Positions 1 to 8,706 of a stretch of DNA of 64,000 nucleotides are shown here, in pieces. Each line of letters begins with the position of its first letter. The stretch's first letter is position 1. The notes under the pieces were generated by a model. It was given only the letters and a program-made list of their open reading frames with translations. It was not told where the DNA came from and ran no database searches. Location of the stretch: assembly GCA_002788855.1 (NCBI GenBank), contig PFSB01000006.1, forward strand, positions 5,467-69,466, read 5' to 3'. The position numbers and the translations under genes are program-made. The DNA is from Candidatus Roizmanbacteria bacterium CG_4_9_14_0_2_um_filter_38_17. GTDB taxonomy: Bacteria; Patescibacteriota; Microgenomatia; GCA-00278855.

Positions 1-681
1 CCGTTGACACACGCAACGAATAAACATCTGTTGCCTGTCTATGACAAGCCGATGATTTTTTATCCCATACAGACGTTGGTAAATGCGGGGATTAAGGAGG
101 TTATGGTTGTAAGTTCTGGTCCACATGCTGGTCACTTTCTTAGAGTTCTTAAAAATGGACACGAGCTAGGGCTCAAGCATCTGGAATATGCTTATCAGGA
201 GAAACCAGATGGTGGAATAGCTGATGCATTGTCTTTGGCTGAAGACTTTGCGGAGAATGGCCCCTTGACCGTAATTTTAGGAGATAACACAACAGATGCA
301 GATATTTCAAAGCCGGTAAATGAATTTACAGACGGGGCTGTTGTTTTTTTAAAAGAAGTACCAGATCCCGAACGATATGGTGTTCCTCGGTTTGATGTTA
401 AGGATAAAGACACCATTGTAGAGATTATAGAGAAGCCCAAGGATCCACCTTCTAACTATTCAGTAACTGGATTGTATATCTATGATCGTGAAGTTTTTAA
501 CTTTATAAGAAACTGTAAGCCATCTAACAGGGGAGAATTGGAGATAACGGAGGTAAATAATGCCTATATCAAAGCAGGTAAGCTTAAATGGTCAGAGCTT
601 TCTGGTTACTGGTCGGATGCGGGGACATTTAAAAGCTTATATCAAGCAAATAGTTACTGGAAGAATAAGTCTAATGGATAA
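1..681 (+). CDS. rmlA: Glucose-1-phosphate thymidylyltransferase (short RmlA/SpsI type), 5' end cut by the window edge
   Basis: PLT..NKHLLPVYDKPMI, LGDN, PERYGV, IIEKP, RGELEITEVN and W.DAGT motifs; frame is open from base 1. Confidence 0.92.
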   Translation, partial: PLTHATNKHLLPVYDKPMIFYPIQTLVNAGIKEVMVVSSGPHAGHFLRVLKNGHELGLKHLEYAYQEKPDGGIADALSLAEDFAENGPLTVILGDNTTDADISKPVNEFTDGAVVFLKEVPDPERYGVPRFDVKDKDTIVEIIEKPKDPPSNYSVTGLYIYDREVFNFIRNCKPSNRGELEITEVNNAYIKAGKLKWSELSGYWSDAGTFKSLYQANSYWKNKSNG

Positions 682-1138
682 TACTAGTTCAGTTACAGAA
701 GTTAAAATAGAAGAAATCAAGAGGGTTTCGACCTTCGACGTCTCCTCCAAGGATAAAAATGGTTTTCTTATAGAGCTTCTTAAAGATGGAGAAAAGACAG
801 TTGCTTATTTAACTGCTGCCTCACCTGGTGCGTTTAAAGGTTATCATGAACACACTATTCGCGCCTCCCGCTATATCTGTCTTAAAGGAAAGATGAAGGT
901 CATACTGTACGTTGGCGGAGCCAATGGAGTACGTGAGGAGCATATTCTATCTTCAGATAATCCTCAGCGACTATTTATTCCTCCACATACTCCAACTGGG
1001 TTGGAGAATATCGGCGATGAAGAAGCGTGGCTTATTAATTTTCCAGACCCATTTTATGATCCAAGCCTAAAAGATGAGCAAATAGATTACACAAAAGAGG
1101 AGATGAAAAATATTAAAGGCAAGGCCTTTAATAAATAA
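674..1138 (+). CDS. Cupin-fold dTDP-sugar 3,5-epimerase / 3,4-ketoisomerase (RmlC/WxcM-like)
   Basis: D.NG.L.EL, PGAFKGYHEH and LFIPP..P.G cupin motifs; lies between rmlA and rmlB; start moved to ATG 674, overlapping the rmlA stop. Confidence 0.75.
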   Translation: MDNTSSVTEVKIEEIKRVSTFDVSSKDKNGFLIELLKDGEKTVAYLTAASPGAFKGYHEHTIRASRYICLKGKMKVILYVGGANGVREEHILSSDNPQRLFIPPHTPTGLENIGDEEAWLINFPDPFYDPSLKDEQIDYTKEEMKNIKGKAFNK

Positions 1139-1139
1139 T

Positions 1140-2135
1140 ATGAAATTACTTGTAACTGGCGGTGCAGGTTTTATAGGGTCAAACTTTATTCACTATTGGC
1201 TAAAAACTCATCCCGATGATCAGATAATTAATCTCGATAAGCTTACTTATGCTGGAAATTTGGCTAATCTAAAATCAGTTGAAAACAATCCTAATTACCA
1301 ATTTATTAAAGGAGATATTACAGATGCCCAAATTGTTGCAAAAGCAATGGGTGAGATAGATACTGTGGTCCATTTTGCTGCAGAGAGCCATGTAGATCGC
1401 TCAATTACTGGGCCAGCGGTATTTGTGCAGACTAATGTAGTGGGAACTCAGGTATTACTTGATGCTGCTGTAAAAGCGAAGATAAAACATTTCCATCATA
1501 TCTCGACAGATGAAGTATTTGGCTCATTAGAGCTAGGTGATAAATCAGAGTGGACGGAAAATTCACCTTACGCGCCTCGTAGTCCCTACTCCGCTTCTAA
1601 GGCAGCATCAGATCATCTAGTAAGAGCTTATCACGTGACTTATAATCTGCCCGTGACAATAACAAATTGTTCAAATAATTTTGGACCTTTCCACTATCCA
1701 GAAAAATTATTACCTCTAGCTATAACTAATATTTTAGAAGGTCGCCAAGTTCCAGTATATGGAGATGGACTATATGTAAGGGACTGGTTGTATGTCGCCG
1801 ACCACTGCCGGGCAATTGACGCAGTTCTTAATAGAGGAGAAGTTGGGGAAACGTATCTGGTTGGTGCGTACCACGACGAGATTAATAATCTAGATTTAAT
1901 CAAACTCGTTTTGAAGTTAATGGGGAAGTCTGAAGAAAAAATTGAATTTGTTAAGAACCGACCTGGCCACGATAGAAGATACGCATTTGACTGGAGTAAA
2001 ATTAAGAATGAACTAGATTGGAAGCCTAAATATGAGTTTGAAGAGGCGCTAAAGCTAACTATAGATTGGTATAAAAATAACGAAAATTGGTGGAAGCCTC
2101 TATTAACAACACCCGGTGTTAACACCGGGTGTTAA
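1140..2135 (+). CDS. rmlB: dTDP-glucose 4,6-dehydratase
   Basis: TGGAGFIG, DKLTYAGN, HFAAESHVDRSI, STDEVFG, YSASK, RDWLYV.DH, RPGHDRRY. Confidence 0.97.
   Translation: MKLLVTGGAGFIGSNFIHYWLKTHPDDQIINLDKLTYAGNLANLKSVENNPNYQFIKGDITDAQIVAKAMGEIDTVVHFAAESHVDRSITGPAVFVQTNVVGTQVLLDAAVKAKIKHFHHISTDEVFGSLELGDKSEWTENSPYAPRSPYSASKAASDHLVRAYHVTYNLPVTITNCSNNFGPFHYPEKLLPLAITNILEGRQVPVYGDGLYVRDWLYVADHCRAIDAVLNRGEVGETYLVGAYHDEINNLDLIKLVLKLMGKSEEKIEFVKNRPGHDRRYAFDWSKIKNELDWKPKYEFEEALKLTIDWYKNNENWWKPLLTTPGVNTGC
2108..2133. repeat. Perfect 26-bp palindrome made of two 13-bp AACACC(C/G)GGTGTT units, REP-like
   Basis: aacacccggtgttaacaccgggtgtt is its own reverse complement; it forms the atypical RmlB tail TTPGVNTGC. 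Confidence 0.85.
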
Positions 2136-2142
2136 TGTAAAA

Positions 2143-3012
2143 ATGAAGACTAAAATTCTCGGAACAGGACTATCTGGCTTGGTTGGAAGTAGAGTTGTTG
2201 AGTTGTTGCAAGATAAATATGACTTTGAAGATCTTAGTTTAGATACGGAAGTAGATATTACGGATATAGATCAGGTAGATGAAAGAATTGGAGCATCAGA
2301 CGCAAAGGTTGTGTTGCATATGGCTGCAATAACTAATGTTGATGCTTGTGAGAAAGAAAGAAATGACGGGGAAAATAGCTTAAGCTGGAGAGTAAACGTT
2401 ACTGGAACAGAAAATATAGTTAAAGCGGTCAAGGCAACTGGTAAGCGCATAATTCATATATCCACGGACTTTGTTTTTTCTGGCCTTGAGGATAGATATA
2501 CGGAAGAGTCTAAACCTAATCCTATTAACTGGTATGGTGAAACAAAGCTTAGGGCAGAAATGGTCGTTCAAGAAAAATTAACTGACTATGCCATATTGCG
2601 TCTATCTTTTCCTTACAGGGCTAAATTTGAGCGATCAGACGTGGTACGTTTCTTCCTAAATACACTAAAAGAAGGTAAATCGGTAGATGCTGTAAGTAAC
2701 TGGATGATCACACCAGGTTTTATAGATGATATGGCGAATGTGATTGAAGCATTTATTACTAATAATGAAGTGGGTATATTCCATAGCGTAGGATCAGACT
2801 CAATGACACCTTACGAAATGGCCACAGCCATTGCAGAATTGTTTGGATTTGACAAAACCCTGGTTCGCGCAGTAAAACTAGAGGATCTATTTCTCGGAAA
2901 GGCTCCCCGCCCGTTAAAGTTAGTTACAGATAATGGTAAAATAACTAGATTAGGTTTGCAGATGCAGACACTAGAAGATGGTCTTGGTATTATTAAGGAA
3001 CAATTAAAATGA
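2143..3012 (+). CDS. rmlD: dTDP-4-dehydrorhamnose reductase
   Basis: TG.SGLVG, AA.TNVDACE, ISTDFVF.G, P.N.YGETK, APRP; start set at ATG 2143. Confidence 0.9.
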   Translation: MKTKILGTGLSGLVGSRVVELLQDKYDFEDLSLDTEVDITDIDQVDERIGASDAKVVLHMAAITNVDACEKERNDGENSLSWRVNVTGTENIVKAVKATGKRIIHISTDFVFSGLEDRYTEESKPNPINWYGETKLRAEMVVQEKLTDYAILRLSFPYRAKFERSDVVRFFLNTLKEGKSVDAVSNWMITPGFIDDMANVIEAFITNNEVGIFHSVGSDSMTPYEMATAIAELFGFDKTLVRAVKLEDLFLGKAPRPLKLVTDNGKITRLGLQMQTLEDGLGIIKEQLK

Positions 3013-4304
3013 AATTAGCAGTTATTGGTCATGGTTATGTGGGTCTCGTTACAGCTACCGTATTTGCGGATTTAGGCAATGAGGTTATCTGTGTTGGGAG
3101 AACAAAAGCGAAAATTGATCAACTGAACAATGGAGTACCCACATTTTACGAACCTGGTTTAGAAGAGCTTCTAAAAAAGAACGTTCAGGCAAAACGAATA
3201 AGGTTTACATTGAACATGGAGGAAGGCGTGCCTGAAGCAGATGTGGTGTTTATAGCTGTAGGGACACCAAGTAAAGAAAATGGTGAAGCAGATTTAAGTC
3301 AGGTTTTTGCGGTAGCGGAAGATATTGGTAAACTTCTTTCTGGTCACACTGTCGTTGGTTGCAAGAGCACAGTTCCCGTAGGAACAAATTTTAAAGTAAG
3401 GAAAATATTGAAGAAGAATGCTAAGCCAGAAGCTCAGTATCAAATTGCATCTGTACCCGAATTTTTACGAGAGGGAACAGCAATATCTGACACTTTATAC
3501 CCTGATCGAGTAATTATTGGAACAGATTTTAAGCAAGCAGAAGACGTACTGATAAAATTGCATGACCCAATCGGAGGAGTGCGGGTCTTAACAGATATTG
3601 CCTCGGCTGAGCTTATTAAGTATGCTTCTAATTCGCTTTTAGCTACCAAAATATCTTTTGCTAACAGCATTGCTTTTGTAAGTGAGCTAGTTGGAGCGGA
3701 TGCAACAGAAGTTCTAAAAGGGGCAGGACTGGATGAGCGAATTGGAAAGCGCTTTTTGAATCCAGGACCTGGATATGGTGGAAGCTGTTTTCCTAAAGAT
3801 GTAAAGGCATTGATCTCTTTTTCAAAGAAAGCTGGTTATGATTTTAAGATTCTGGAGGCGGTTCACGAGGTAAATGAAGACGCGAAGAATCGAGTGGTTA
3901 AGAAAATTGAAGATATGCTTGGTTCACTAAAGGATAAAAGAATCGCCATTTTAGGATTAGCTTTTAAACCAGATACTGACGATATGCGTGATGCGCCGGC
4001 AATTCATGTTATATCTAAGTTGCTTAAAGAAGGAGCTAGTGTGATAGCTTTTGACCCCCAATCAGCTGAAAATGCAAAGAGAGTCTTGCCAGAAGCGACA
4101 ATTTATGCTAAAAATATCTTCTCAGCAGTTAAAAATGCTGATATAGTAGTAGTACTAACGGAATGGCGTGAGTTTTCTCAAGTGAGTCTGGCTAAGATAA
4201 AAGAGTTAGTTAGTCAGCCGAATATTGTAGATATGCGGAATGTTTTTAATCCAGCTGAAGCAAAGAAACTAGGGTTTAATTATATAGGTGTGGGCCGGAG
4301 GTAA
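3009..4304 (+). CDS. ugd: UDP-glucose 6-dehydrogenase
   Basis: GHGYVGL, FIAVGTP, KSTVPVG, PEFLREG, catalytic GYGGSCFPKD, LGLAFKP.TDD.R. Confidence 0.95.
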   Translation: MKLAVIGHGYVGLVTATVFADLGNEVICVGRTKAKIDQLNNGVPTFYEPGLEELLKKNVQAKRIRFTLNMEEGVPEADVVFIAVGTPSKENGEADLSQVFAVAEDIGKLLSGHTVVGCKSTVPVGTNFKVRKILKKNAKPEAQYQIASVPEFLREGTAISDTLYPDRVIIGTDFKQAEDVLIKLHDPIGGVRVLTDIASAELIKYASNSLLATKISFANSIAFVSELVGADATEVLKGAGLDERIGKRFLNPGPGYGGSCFPKDVKALISFSKKAGYDFKILEAVHEVNEDAKNRVVKKIEDMLGSLKDKRIAILGLAFKPDTDDMRDAPAIHVISKLLKEGASVIAFDPQSAENAKRVLPEATIYAKNIFSAVKNADIVVVLTEWREFSQVSLAKIKELVSQPNIVDMRNVFNPAEAKKLGFNYIGVGRR

Positions 4305-4317
4305 TCCGTAGGTAGCA

Positions 4318-5280
4318 ATGAATAAAGCAAGAAAAGTTTTAATTACAGGAATTACAGGTTTTGCAGGTAGCCATCTTGCAGAGCTGTTGCTGGATAAAGG
4401 TTATGACGTAGTAGGTACAATTCGACCTAGAAGTAAAACCGAGCATATAGATCATATTAAGAATAAGCTTAAACTGTATGATGCGGATCTTTCTGATTCT
4501 CATAGTTTGCAGACAGTTTTTATGACGGTAAAGCCAGAGTATATCTTCCACTTAGCTGCACAGGCATTTGTGCCTACTTCCTGGAGTAGTCCAGCAACTA
4601 CGATGGAAATTAATGCGTCTGGTTCAATTCATTTGTTTGAAGCAATTAGACGCGCTAATATTGATCCCGTTGTGCAGATTGCGTGTTCTTCAGAGGAGTA
4701 TGGTTTGGTAAAACCCGATGAAGTGCCGATAACAGAAGAAAATCCACTTAGACCGCTTTCACCATATGCAGTTTCTAAGATAGCCATGGACTATCTTGGT
4801 TATCAGTATTTCAAAAGTTATGGCGTGAGAATTATTAGAACTCGTGGATTTAATCATACTGGCCCAAGACGCGGAGATGTCTATGTGTGTTCAACGTTTG
4901 CTAAGCAAATAGCTTTAATTGAAGCAGATAAACAGGGTCCAATAATGAAAGTTGGCAATATTGAATCATATCGTGATTTTACAGATGTGCGTGATATGGT
5001 AAAGGCGTATTTGTTAGCAGTAGAAAAGGGAGAGCCTGGAGAAGTGTACAACATTGCAACGGGTAAAACGTGGCAGATTAAGAAGGTGCTAGATATGTTA
5101 CTTGGTATGAGTAAAAAAGATATTAAGATTGAGGAAGATCCCGAGCGAATGAGACCATCGGATGTTGAAATCCTACAGGGCGATGCGACTAAATTTAAAA
5201 AGGCTACTGGCTGGGAGCCAAAGTATAAGTTTGAGCAAACACTAGAAGACCTACTTAATTACTGGCGGGAACGAGTGTGA
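4318..5280 (+). CDS. gmd: GDP-mannose 4,6-dehydratase / GDP-6-deoxyhexose SDR (Gmd/Rmd family)
   Basis: ITGITGFAGSHL, HLAAQ..V..SW, SSEEYG, PLSPYAVSK, FNHTGPRRG, RDFTDVRD, RPSDV. Confidence 0.75.
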   Translation: MNKARKVLITGITGFAGSHLAELLLDKGYDVVGTIRPRSKTEHIDHIKNKLKLYDADLSDSHSLQTVFMTVKPEYIFHLAAQAFVPTSWSSPATTMEINASGSIHLFEAIRRANIDPVVQIACSSEEYGLVKPDEVPITEENPLRPLSPYAVSKIAMDYLGYQYFKSYGVRIIRTRGFNHTGPRRGDVYVCSTFAKQIALIEADKQGPIMKVGNIESYRDFTDVRDMVKAYLLAVEKGEPGEVYNIATGKTWQIKKVLDMLLGMSKKDIKIEEDPERMRPSDVEILQGDATKFKKATGWEPKYKFEQTLEDLLNYWRERV

Positions 5281-6380
5281 AAAAAAAACCGCGTGTAGTA
5301 TTTATCTTACCTACATATAACGAGGTTGATAATATTAGCTTAGTAATTGAGCAGCTCCAGAATGTCTTTACTTCTATTTCTAGTTATACTTTTTCAATTC
5401 TTGTAGTTGATGATAAATCACCTGATAATACAGCAGGAATTGTCAATAAGTTAGGAAAAAAGTACTCAAATATAGAGCTTATTACAGGGGAAAAACAAGG
5501 CCTGGGAATTGCATATATACGTGGTATGAAATATGCAGAATCCAAGCTTCACGCTGATATATTTTTTAGTATGGATTCAGATTTATCTCACGATCCTTCT
5601 TTAATACCTCAGTTTTTACGCAAGATTGAGCAAGGCTCAGATATTGTTGTTGGAGCTAGATATATACCAGGTGGGTCAATTCCAGCTGATTGGGCATGGC
5701 AGCGTAAGCTATTTTCGATATTTGGGAATTTAATAATTCGTTTTGGCCTCATGATTCCTTCCATTCATGATTGGAGTAGTGGATATAGGGCGATTAAGGT
5801 TGAAGTATTTAAGAACATAGTGGATGGTTTAGATAAGTATAAAGGCTACACATTTCAGATGGCATATTTACATAGAGCTCTTAATGCAAAGTACAAAGTT
5901 GGGGAAGTACCGTTAAATTTTGTAGATAGAAAGCACGGTGAGTCAAAATTCATTCCTCTTGAATATATCTCGAACGTGCTGTTGTATATCCTCTTAAATT
6001 CAAGTTTTGTAAAATTTGGAGTTGTTGGAGTTGTTGGTTTTACAGTTAACCTGATAGGGCTTGAAGTATTTTATCGATTGGGATTTCATCCTGGAATTGC
6101 AGCTGCATTTGGGGCAGAGTTTGCGATTGTTTCAAATTTTATGTTTAATAATTTTTGGAGTTTTTCACATAAGAGTATTAAGAGGGGCGACGGATTACGA
6201 ATGAAGTTTTTAAGGTTTAATGGAGTTGCTGTGGGGGCTATTGTGATTCAAGCTCTTATCGTTGGCATAGGCACCAACATGTTTGGAGTAGATACGAGGT
6301 TCCTATTTTTACTATTGTCTTTAATACTTATAGTTCCATATAGTTATGTTATGTATAACCGTATTATATGGAAAAGCTAA
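5277..6380 (+). CDS. GT2 polyprenol-phosphate mannosyltransferase (DPM1/Ppm1-like) fused to a C-terminal GtrA-like flippase domain
   Basis: PTYNE, VVDD.SPD.T, GLG.AY, MDSDLSHDP, F.DR..GESK; C-terminal KFGVVG...SNF.FNN.WSF 4-TM GtrA pattern. Confidence 0.88.
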   Translation: MKKKPRVVFILPTYNEVDNISLVIEQLQNVFTSISSYTFSILVVDDKSPDNTAGIVNKLGKKYSNIELITGEKQGLGIAYIRGMKYAESKLHADIFFSMDSDLSHDPSLIPQFLRKIEQGSDIVVGARYIPGGSIPADWAWQRKLFSIFGNLIIRFGLMIPSIHDWSSGYRAIKVEVFKNIVDGLDKYKGYTFQMAYLHRALNAKYKVGEVPLNFVDRKHGESKFIPLEYISNVLLYILLNSSFVKFGVVGVVGFTVNLIGLEVFYRLGFHPGIAAAFGAEFAIVSNFMFNNFWSFSHKSIKRGDGLRMKFLRFNGVAVGAIVIQALIVGIGTNMFGVDTRFLFLLLSLILIVPYSYVMYNRIIWKS

Positions 6381-6387
6381 TATAAGC

Positions 6388-7935
6388 ATGAGGGGTTTTG
6401 TTTATCGTCACTGGGGAACGATTGGTATTTTTGCTATTCTTTTCTTATCCGCTTATCTTCGTTTGTGGAACATAGGAGGTTACATGACCTTTTTAGGTGA
6501 TGAGGGGAGAGATGTTCTGGTGGTTAAGAGAATGATTGTAGACCATGATATTACTTTTTTGGGTCCAACAGCTTCTGTGGGAGGATTTTTCTTAGGTCCA
6601 ATCTATTATTATTTTATGGCTCCTTTCTTGTGGTTATGGAATCTTAATCCGGTTGGACCGGCTGTAATGGTAGCGCTATTTGGTGTGGCTACAATATATC
6701 TATTGTATCGAGTGGGAACTGATTTTGTGTCAAGATCTACTGGGTATATCGCGGCTTTGTTATATGCTATCGCGCCTCTTGTTGTTGCGCACTCGCGTTC
6801 GTCATGGAATCCTAACATTGTCCCTTTTTTTTCTTTGCTGTATATCTATTCACTGTGGAAAGCACAAGAGTCACGAAAGGTAAGGTGGTTGTTTGTAGCA
6901 GGGATTTCGTTTGGAGTAGGAATTCAGTTGCACTATCTCTTTCTATTCATGCTGCCTGTTTCATTAATATATCTCTATCTGTATCGGGAAAAAATGTTGT
7001 TTATAAAGTTACGTACCTTTGTTCTGGGTGTGATTCTTCCACTTATCCCGTTTATAGGATTTGAGTTTAAAAATAAACTTCCAAATACACAGACAATTTG
7101 GCACTATGTAACAACAGAAGGAGATGTGGGTCTGAGCTTATCTGGATCAATATTAACGATGAGAGACGTGTTGTTTCGTTCTTTTGCTAGAGTACTGTTT
7201 AACTTTCCTCCACCTGAACAGTTTTATAAGTACGAAGACTGGGTAATTACTGTCTGGAAAACTAGCGTTTGGTTAGTAGTTATTTTAAGCATATTTATGC
7301 TACTTAGATATGTCCGTATGCAGAAAAGTAAGCCCCATTTGCTAATGCTGTTGTGGATGGTATTTGGCTTGGGTCTATTTATGTTGTATCAAAAGAGTAT
7401 TTATGATTATTATTTTGTATTAGTTTTTCCCTTATTGTTTCTATTGGTTGCTAATTTATTGGTTGTGTTTTGGCAAAGGAAATTACTTAAGCCCATAGCT
7501 GCTATTGCATTGGCGCTATTAATCTGGATTAATTGGATGGGTCGACCATTTCAGTTTCCGCCTAATAATCAGTTTGATCAGGTATCGATGATTAGTCGCT
7601 CGATTTTTAATCATGCAGACGGTAAACCGTTTAACTTTGCGCTTATTACTGGTGGTAATTCAGACCATGCATATCGCTATTTATTTGAGATCTGGGGTAA
7701 TCCCTCAGTTACGATTGAATTCGATGAAGTTGACCCAGAGAGGAAGACTGTTACTGATCAGCTTTATGTGCTTTGCGAAACATTACCTTGTGAACCACTT
7801 GGTCATCCGTTATGGGAGATAGCTGGTTTTGGTAGGGCTCAAATTGATACGAGCTGGAAGGTTTCGTTTCTAGAAGTGTATAGACTTGTGCCGTATCAAG
7901 GAGAAGACTTTGCTACAGAGGATAATGTGCGATAA
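6388..7935 (+). CDS. GT-C membrane glycosyltransferase (ArnT/PMT_2-like)
   Basis: LR...GDEGRD loop after TM1, LGP.YYY..AP, many TM segments, SWNPN; start set at ATG 6388. Confidence 0.82.
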   Translation: MRGFVYRHWGTIGIFAILFLSAYLRLWNIGGYMTFLGDEGRDVLVVKRMIVDHDITFLGPTASVGGFFLGPIYYYFMAPFLWLWNLNPVGPAVMVALFGVATIYLLYRVGTDFVSRSTGYIAALLYAIAPLVVAHSRSSWNPNIVPFFSLLYIYSLWKAQESRKVRWLFVAGISFGVGIQLHYLFLFMLPVSLIYLYLYREKMLFIKLRTFVLGVILPLIPFIGFEFKNKLPNTQTIWHYVTTEGDVGLSLSGSILTMRDVLFRSFARVLFNFPPPEQFYKYEDWVITVWKTSVWLVVILSIFMLLRYVRMQKSKPHLLMLLWMVFGLGLFMLYQKSIYDYYFVLVFPLLFLLVANLLVVFWQRKLLKPIAAIALALLIWINWMGRPFQFPPNNQFDQVSMISRSIFNHADGKPFNFALITGGNSDHAYRYLFEIWGNPSVTIEFDEVDPERKTVTDQLYVLCETLPCEPLGHPLWEIAGFGRAQIDTSWKVSFLEVYRLVPYQGEDFATEDNVR

Positions 7936-7938
7936 AAT
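7933..7938 (+). promoter_or_regulatory. Putative -10 box (TAAAAT) 6 nt upstream of ATG 7945, leaderless-type
   Basis: TAAAAT-caagct-ATG; the same spacing recurs at 16526 and 60814. Confidence 0.45.
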
Positions 7939-7944
7939 CAAGCT

Positions 7945-8703
7945 ATGCAACAAAAAGCGCCACAGTTATCGATTGTTATTCCTTGTTACAATGAAGAGCA
8001 GAATATTCGGTTTGGAGCTTTAGAAAAGGTAAACAATTATCTACAGAAGCAGACCCTATCCTGGGAAGTGTTGATAATTGATGACGGGTCACAAGATGCA
8101 ACTGCGGAGTTGGTACGGAAATACATAAAAAACAAGCCAAAATTCAAGCTAATTGAGCGAGTACATCAAGGTAAAGCACGTACAGTTGTTGCTGGTGTTA
8201 TGCGTGCAAAAGGTGACTATATACTGTTTTCTGATCTTGATGGATCTACGCCACTTGGCGAGGTAGAGAAGTTTTTACCATACTTTAGGAAAGGATACGA
8301 TATTGTAATTGGTTCGCGTAATCGCAAACGCGAAGGTGCGCCTTTTTTTAGAAGCTTAATGGGTCCTGGATTTGCGTTTATCCGCAGTAGTTTAATTGGT
8401 TTAAGCGATATTAACGATACTCAATGTGGTTTTAAGGCATTTAAGAAGGATGTAGCAATTACTCTTGTAAAAAAACTTAAGCTATATGGAGGTGACAAGG
8501 AGATTAAAGGGTCAAATGTTACTGCTGGATTTGACGTTGAGCTACTATTTATTGCCAGAAAGCTTGGATTTAAGATTAAAGAGGTTCAGGTTAAATGGCA
8601 CTATGTTGAGACGAGACGAGTAAGTCCTATTAGAGACTCCTGGAATGGGCTTAAGGACATTATGCGCATAAAATTATTTGATCTGCAGGGGAAATATCGT
8701 TAA
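7945..8703 (+). CDS. GT2 polyprenyl-phosphate glucosyltransferase (Alg5/DPG synthase-like)
   Basis: IPCYNEE, DDGS.D.T, GK...V..G, DLD.STP, GSR, DTQCGFK, FDVELL. Confidence 0.88.
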   Translation: MQQKAPQLSIVIPCYNEEQNIRFGALEKVNNYLQKQTLSWEVLIIDDGSQDATAELVRKYIKNKPKFKLIERVHQGKARTVVAGVMRAKGDYILFSDLDGSTPLGEVEKFLPYFRKGYDIVIGSRNRKREGAPFFRSLMGPGFAFIRSSLIGLSDINDTQCGFKAFKKDVAITLVKKLKLYGGDKEIKGSNVTAGFDVELLFIARKLGFKIKEVQVKWHYVETRRVSPIRDSWNGLKDIMRIKLFDLQGKYR

Positions 8704-8706
8704 ACA

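Noticed and set aside
560-673. Long N-terminal extensions in the ORF track (560, 2116, 6346, 27550, 34918, 46902)
   Set aside because: They overlap upstream genes extensively; downstream ATGs fit coupling, promoter spacing and paralog N-termini better.
2108-2140. Palindrome as an intrinsic terminator
   Set aside because: No loop or U-tract, it lies in rmlB coding sequence, and it is mid-operon 10 nt before rmlD.
6017-6038. Short tandem repeats such as ggagttgtt x2 (and ggttat repeats near 13003)
   Set aside because: The period is a multiple of 3 and is explained by the GVVGVVG and GYGYGY protein motifs.
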